A stretch of 32,000 nucleotides of DNA, taken from assembly GCF_000009045.1 (NCBI RefSeq), contig NC_000964.3:570001-602000 (forward strand), read 5' to 3'. The DNA comes from Bacillus subtilis subsp. subtilis str. 168 (GTDB taxonomy: Bacteria > Bacillota > Bacilli > Bacillales > Bacillaceae). The first letter of the stretch is position 1; the number at the start of each line of letters is the position of its first letter. A program made the translations under genes and the position numbers. Shown here one piece after another: positions 27,114 through 32,000 of the stretch. Under the pieces are notes generated by a model that was not told where the DNA came from, ran no database searches, and saw only the letters and a program-made list of their open reading frames with translations.

Positions 27114-28052
27114 ATGGCTAAAAAAACGATGGGAATTCATCATATTACAGCGATTGTCGGTCACCCTCAAGAGAACACAGATTTTTACGCAGGAGTGCTT
27201 GGGCTTCGTTTGGTCAAGCAAACTGTCAATTTTGATGACCCAGGTACGTATCATCTTTATTTTGGGAATGAAGGCGGGAAGCCGGGAACAATCATTACCT
27301 TCTTTCCGTGGGCCGGAGCCCGCCAAGGCGTCATTGGAGACGGTCAAGTTGGCGTGACTTCGTATGTCGTGCCGAAAGGGGCTATGGCATTTTGGGAAAA
27401 GAGACTAGAAAAGTTCAACGTTCCCTACACCAAAATCGAGCGCTTTGGGGAACAATATGTAGAATTTGATGATCCTCATGGACTGCACTTAGAAATCGTG
27501 GAAAGAGAAGAAGGAGAGGCTAATACGTGGACTTTCGGAGAAGTAACGCCCGATGTTGCCATTAAAGGTTTTGGGGGTGCAACCCTATTATCAGAGCAGC
27601 CTGACAAAACCGCTGACCTTTTAGAAAACATCATGGGGCTGGAGCGAGTCGGCAAAGAAGGAGACTTCGTTCGTTATCGTTCCGCCGGTGATATCGGAAA
27701 TGTGATTGACCTTAAGTTAACGCCTATTGGCCGCGGGCAAATGGGGGCCGGAACGGTGCATCACATCGCTTGGCGGGCTAACGATGATGAAGATCAGTTA
27801 GATTGGCAAAGATATATTGCTTCCCACGGATATGGTGTAACTCCTGTTCGGGATAGAAACTACTTTAATGCCATTTACTTCAGGGAACACGGGGAAATCC
27901 TGTTTGAAATCGCAACTGATCCCCCAGGCTTTGCACATGATGAAACACAGGAAACAATGGGCGAAAAACTGATGCTGCCTGTGCAATATGAACCGCATCG
28001 CACACAAATTGAACAAGGGCTGCTGCCGTTTGAAGTAAGAGAGTTAGATTGA
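27114..28052 (+). CDS. mhqO: Ring-cleaving dioxygenase/glyoxalase superfamily protein, MhqO
   Basis: MGIHHITAIVGHPQENTDFYAGVLGLRLVKQTVNFDDPGTYHLYFG vicinal-oxygen-chelate repeats. Confidence 0.92.
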   Translation: MAKKTMGIHHITAIVGHPQENTDFYAGVLGLRLVKQTVNFDDPGTYHLYFGNEGGKPGTIITFFPWAGARQGVIGDGQVGVTSYVVPKGAMAFWEKRLEKFNVPYTKIERFGEQYVEFDDPHGLHLEIVEREEGEANTWTFGEVTPDVAIKGFGGATLLSEQPDKTADLLENIMGLERVGKEGDFVRYRSAGDIGNVIDLKLTPIGRGQMGAGTVHHIAWRANDDEDQLDWQRYIASHGYGVTPVRDRNYFNAIYFREHGEILFEIATDPPGFAHDETQETMGEKLMLPVQYEPHRTQIEQGLLPFEVRELD

Positions 28053-28153
28053 TTTGACACATAAAAAATAAAGAAACATATATTCAATTGATGATTGCTG
28101 GATGGTACTGTCAGCAAAGAATCAGATAAAATCAAAGATGAGGAGAGATACAA

Positions 28154-28543
28154 ATGGAAGATGCAGGACTGTTGCTTATTCGTATAATGATTGGTGTGGT
28201 GTTTTTGTTTTATGGCACACAAAAATTATTCGGCTGGTTTGGCGGATACGGGATTAAAGGAACCGGACAATGGTTCGAATCAATTGGGGTGAAACCAGGA
28301 AACGTTGCGGCCGCTCTATCAGGTCTTGGGGAGTTAGTAAGCGGAATTCTATTTATTTTAGGCGTATTCCTCCCGCTTGGAGCTGCTATCATAACAATCA
28401 TCATGTTAGGTGCTATCGTAAAAGTCCATGGAGCGAAAGGTTTTGCGAATGGCGCCGGAGGTTTTGAATATAACCTGGTGCTCATTGCAGTTTCCATAGG
28501 GGTTGCACTCATCGGTTCAGGAGCTTACGCTTTGCATTTTTAA
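28154..28543 (+). CDS. mhqP: DoxX family membrane protein, MhqP
   Basis: [44 protein letters not shown]. Confidence 0.9.
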
Positions 28544-28556
28544 TACGAAAGTATGT

Positions 28557-28594
28557 AAGAACAGTTGCTGCTTGTCAGTAACTGTTCTTTTATT
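28557..28594 (+). terminator. mhqNOP terminator AAGAACAGTT...AACTGTTCTTTTATTTT
   Basis: 10-bp stem plus T-rich tail. Confidence 0.7.
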
Positions 28595-28728
28595 TTCACA
28601 TTTTCGGCAAGCTTGCAGGTACTCTGCAAAGCAAAAAAGCGGATATCATAAATATAAATCTGTATAGTGAATGATACGTATTGATGAGCTTGGTCATGAA
28701 AAACAGACCTATTTGAAGGAGTAAATGG

Positions 28729-29067
28729 ATGAAAGAGATGACAGGATTACATTCATTAGTTTCTATAGAAAACTTTATCAAACAGCACAAATTCAGTTTT
28801 ATTTATATATCAAGGCCTGGCTGTACAGTATGTCACGCAGTTCTGCCCCAGCTCAGAATAGTATTGGATCAGTTTCCAAACATCAAATTGGGGCATATCA
28901 ATGCTGACGATGTAGCAGAGGTCGCCGGCAGATTTTCAGTTTTCACCGTTCCTGTGCTTCTTTTGTTCATTGATGGGACTGAGTTTCTAAGAGAAGCCCG
29001 TTTTGTTCATTTTGAACAGCTTGAACAAAAGCTGAAAAGGGTTTATCGATTATATGAAGGCGAATAA
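28729..29067 (+). CDS. ydfQ: Thioredoxin-like protein (YdfQ-like)
   Basis: FIYISRPGCTVCHAVLPQLRIVLDQFPNIKLGHINADDVAEVAGRFSVFTVPVLLLFIDG. Confidence 0.88.
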   Translation: MKEMTGLHSLVSIENFIKQHKFSFIYISRPGCTVCHAVLPQLRIVLDQFPNIKLGHINADDVAEVAGRFSVFTVPVLLLFIDGTEFLREARFVHFEQLEQKLKRVYRLYEGE

Positions 29068-29106
29068 AGGAATAAGGCAAAAAAAGAACTCAAATGAGTT
29101 CTTTTT

Positions 29107-29343
29107 TTATTCTTCACTAGGCGAAGAAGGGTTATCAACCTGCCCTTGATCACTTGTATCATTATCACAACTTGCTGAAATAATAATTGAATGAGAAGGA
29201 GAGTAATCTCCTAATGTGAAATTCACTCCGTAATTTTTGCTGTTCGCAGTATGGCTGTTTTGCAAGTTTTGTCCGATATCTGTATTGGCGTTTTGTGTCA
29301 TTCCATTTATCGTGAGATTTGAGATGTTGATTTGAGATCGCAT
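29107..29343 (-). CDS. Small protein, possibly GerP-family-like spore protein
   Basis: 78-aa [65 protein letters not shown]...; NINxLxINGMxxNAxxxIG resembles spore germination GerP components. Confidence 0.65.
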
Positions 29344-29547
29344 GCTTCAAAAACTCCTTTCACTCAGAAGTAGCTGTCATAAAGGACGCTGGCAGTCTAT
29401 TTACTTCTATGATATTGCGTTTTTATATCATTGCATCAACATAATGGTAAAAATAATAGCGAGTGAATGATCATCTTTTGAAGATGATCAACCTATCAGC
29501 AGAAATAAAGCCGCCTGATAAAGAGGCGGCAGATCGTTATATGTCAT

Positions 29548-29841
29548 CTATGAATTTGATGTATCGTTTTTCGTTTGCCTGAAGGATAAGATAGTCGTTT
29601 TTAATGATGAGTAGGAGCCTATAGCAGCGTAGCCATAAAACCAGCCCATAAATACGCCAGAAAAGAGGCTGTGTCGATGGCTTATGAAAACAGAAATGAC
29701 AAGGCCTGTTATTAAGGCAACTGACGGTACAAAAGTTTTGGGGATTTTCAATAATATTTTGAGGATTTGGGTTATCAATATGATGATTGGAACAGCTATC
29801 ACAGCATCCCAAAAGTTCGTGTGAATAATTGGAAAAGCCAT
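29548..29841 (-). CDS. 97-aa hydrophobic membrane protein, uncharacterised
   Basis: MAFPIIHTNFWDAVIAVPIIILITQILKILLKIPKTFVPSVALITGLVISVFISHRHSLFSGVFMGWFYGYAAIGSYSS...; ATG 29841 with SD GAGGTG. Confidence 0.65.
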   Translation of the reverse strand: MAFPIIHTNFWDAVIAVPIIILITQILKILLKIPKTFVPSVALITGLVISVFISHRHSLFSGVFMGWFYGYAAIGSYSSLKTTILSFRQTKNDTSNS

Positions 29842-29874
29842 ACGGCACCTCATGAAGTGTTTATTTCTTAATTT

Positions 29875-30105
29875 TTACGCTAAAAGCTTGGAAAGCAGCT
29901 CTTGGATCGCATATGTTACATTTTGGGCTTGATTGGCGGAGCTTGTTTGGCTTAAAGCATTGGATTCAAAAACCAAACCTGTATTACTCCCACCGGAACC
30001 CTCTGTTGTTTTAGACACAGAGAACGGGCTGATGGAAACTGCAAATCCGTTATTAAAAACGCTGTTCCCGGATATCGAATGAATATAAACTGGGAATTTC
30101 ATCAT
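29875..30105 (-). CDS. GerPF-like spore germination family protein
   Basis: MMKFPVYIHSISGNSVFNNGFAVSISPFSVSKTTEGSGGSNTG resembles the GerPF family signature. Confidence 0.75.
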   Translation of the reverse strand: MMKFPVYIHSISGNSVFNNGFAVSISPFSVSKTTEGSGGSNTGLVFESNALSQTSSANQAQNVTYAIQELLSKLLA

Positions 30106-30228
30106 TCATCTCTCCTCTCTGTTATGACTGTTTATACAATATGGTGTGTGAGCAGCAGTTGCTTAAACAAAACGGCAAAAACTTTCAGTAAGAGACAAAA
30201 ACCTGCAAAATGCCACAAGCGCCTTTTG

Positions 30229-30810
30229 TTAATGCAGCTTTTTAGGGACGTTTTTTTTATTTTTTTTGCCAACTTCATCAAAAATATTCTGATTGCCAGA
30301 CTGGGCTTGTCCGTCCTTATTTATGAAATCGGGGTGAATGAGTTTTTTCAGATCCCTGACTGTTAAAGGCTTGGCGTCATCAGTTAATTCTATTCCTAAT
30401 TGCCCGTTTGCCTCTAATGTCGCAATTTTGACATCTTGTATAGCCGTAACGCCGTGAAGCCTTAGCTGCATTTCAAGCTGGTCAGCTGTAAGTCTCATCT
30501 TCTTTAAGTTTTCGATATGAAGCTGTCCGTTTTCAATGACGATTTTTGCTTTTCCGGTTAACATCTTTTCAATGGTGTTCGATTTCATTTGGATCCATTC
30601 CATAACGATGAGTGTGCTTGTGAAAATTGCCGCTGCAATTAATGTTTTGAAGAGGCTGTACTCGATGATTGGCTGAACGATAATAGTTCCGATCGAAATC
30701 ATGACAACCGTTTGAGTCGACGTCATTTGTGCGATTGATTTCCTTCCTGAAATTCTCAGCAAAATGACCCCGGCTACAATGAGAACAAGAGATTCCCAAG
30801 TGAAATTCAT
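30229..30810 (-). CDS. DUF421 (YetF-like) membrane protein
   Basis: [47 protein letters not shown]; start re-assigned to ATG 30810 with SD AGGTGG. Confidence 0.8.
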
Positions 30811-31018
30811 GCTACCACCTGACCAATGATGAATTAGATTTGTCATGGGATTGGCTTTTCTTCCGGCCAATCGCAATTTAATATATCCGAAAGGCAGTCG
30901 GTTCATTCTGTCCTGAACCGAACAATATTTTTGGTATAGATGGATATATTAAGCCAAACAATGATAGCAACAGGAGTTTTTTGGCCGAAACAATCTGGGA
31001 AGCGGGGAGCGCCATAAC

Positions 31019-31726
31019 ATGATTGAACTTGAAGTTGTCATTAGAACGGTTGCCAGCTTTGGCTTGCTGTTAATCGCAGAACGAATTTTAGGCAAACAGA
31101 CAATCTCTCAAATGACGATTTTTGATTTTATTGCGGCGATCACACTAGGGGCGATTGCTGCCGGATTAGCTTACAATACTTCAATAAAACCGCACAATAT
31201 GGCCATTTCGTTTAGTATTTTTGTGCTAACCATTTTTCTAATTTCGTTTCTGTCGATAAAGAACAGGAAGCTGAGGAAATTTTTTGCCGGAGATCCAACA
31301 GTGCTGATTCAAAACGGGAAGATACTTGAATCAAATATGAGGAAAATGCGTTACACACTTGATTATTTAAATCAGCAATTACGGGAAAAAGAAATATTTA
31401 ATATCGAAGAAGTTCTTTTTGCCATTCTTGAAACGAATGGTCAGCTGACTGTGTTAAGAAAACCGCAATTCCGGCATGTGACCAAACAGGATTTAATGAT
31501 TGCGGTAAACCAAGAACAAAGGCTTCCGATAGAACTTATTATGGACGGAGAAATCATTGAGAATAATTTAAAGCAGAATCGTTTGACGGAATCCTGGCTT
31601 TTGGAAGAATTGCGAAAAAGAGACATAAAGGTGAAAGAGACCGTGTACGCAGTGCTGCTGGGTAATGGGGATATTTATGTGGATCAATATAAAGACCATA
31701 TATCAGTCCCTATGGATAAGGAATGA
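31019..31726 (+). CDS. ydfS: DUF421 (YetF-like) membrane protein, likely YdfS
   Basis: MIELEVVIRTVASFGLLLIAERILGKQTISQMTIFDFIAAITLGAIAAGLAYN; 235 aa. Confidence 0.8.
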   Translation: MIELEVVIRTVASFGLLLIAERILGKQTISQMTIFDFIAAITLGAIAAGLAYNTSIKPHNMAISFSIFVLTIFLISFLSIKNRKLRKFFAGDPTVLIQNGKILESNMRKMRYTLDYLNQQLREKEIFNIEEVLFAILETNGQLTVLRKPQFRHVTKQDLMIAVNQEQRLPIELIMDGEIIENNLKQNRLTESWLLEELRKRDIKVKETVYAVLLGNGDIYVDQYKDHISVPMDKE

Positions 31727-31740
31727 AGGAACAATCAATC

Positions 31741-32000
31741 TTAAAGCCCCTTATTGAACGCAACGGTTTCAACTTGTCTTGGGTACGAAATATGCAGAAG
31801 CCCGTTTAACAGCTGAATCTGTAACAAATGAGTTTCAGCGGCTTCGGGAAGCTGAATGATTCGCTCAATTTCTCCGTAATACCGTTCACGCAGCACTTCC
31901 ATTTCGGCTGGAAAAACAGGCGTGATCGTTCCTTTGATCAGCAGCTGGGTTTTAGACAGTAAACGGATCGTTAATTCTTCCTCATACACACCGGGCATTT
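31741..32000 (-). CDS. cotP: C-terminal part of an Hsp20-like spore coat protein, CotP (YdfT); 5' end outside the window
   Basis: ELTIRLLSKTQLLIKGTITP...LQIQLLNGLLHISYPRQ alpha-crystallin-like C-terminus; frame open at the right edge. Confidence 0.75.
   Translation of the reverse strand, partial: MPGVYEEELTIRLLSKTQLLIKGTITPVFPAEMEVLRERYYGEIERIIQLPEAAETHLLQIQLLNGLLHISYPRQVETVAFNKGL

Noticed and set aside
26883-28222. Minus-strand ORFs of 154, 72, 115 and 60 aa opposite mhqN and mhqO
   Set aside because: They lie antisense to well-supported genes and show no recognisable motif.
29537-29848. 103-aa minus-strand ORF overlapping the 97-aa membrane ORF
   Set aside because: Out-of-frame reading, rich in Cys/His/Asn; the alternative frame (29548-29841) has better SD placement and regular TM segments.
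1-32000. Search for CRISPR repeats, retron or toxin-antitoxin type systems, tRNAs or transposases
   Set aside because: I saw no regularly spaced repeats, tRNA-like clusters, reverse transcriptase or transposase motifs, or convincing toxin-antitoxin pair. The only small-gene pair of note (17157-17476) is reported as a possible regulatory or membrane-protein operon, not as a defence system.

Overview
This window matches a stretch of Bacillus subtilis-group chromosome, the classical ydeK to ydfT/cotP neighbourhood. The identification comes from remembered protein sequences and gene order; no database search was run. I see about 30 protein-coding genes. Most are small regulator/effector modules: two divergent MocR-type regulator / EamA-exporter pairs (ydeK-ydeL, ydfC-ydfD), HxlR regulators (ydzF, ydeP), MFS/TetR (ydeR-ydeS), an arsR-arsB cluster, the YdfHI two-component system with the MMPL transporter YdfJ, a MerR-family regulator (ydfL), a cation-diffusion facilitator (ydfM), the quinone-responsive mhqNOP operon, and a sporulation/germination-flavoured right end (GerP-like proteins, DUF421 proteins, CotP). 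I found no RNA genes, CRISPR arrays, phage or recognisable defence system. The best items not covered by the supplied ORF track are: (1) a pair of small ORFs on the minus strand (17157-17476), one a 57-aa membrane protein, downstream of YdfI-box-like sequences that match the ydfJ promoter boxes; (2) a decayed arsC arsenate reductase remnant directly after arsB; (3) a decayed GNAT remnant between ydeS and arsR; (4) a textbook 19-bp-spacer MerR-type promoter in front of ydfL; (5) a three-copy palindromic operator between ydeR and ydeS.
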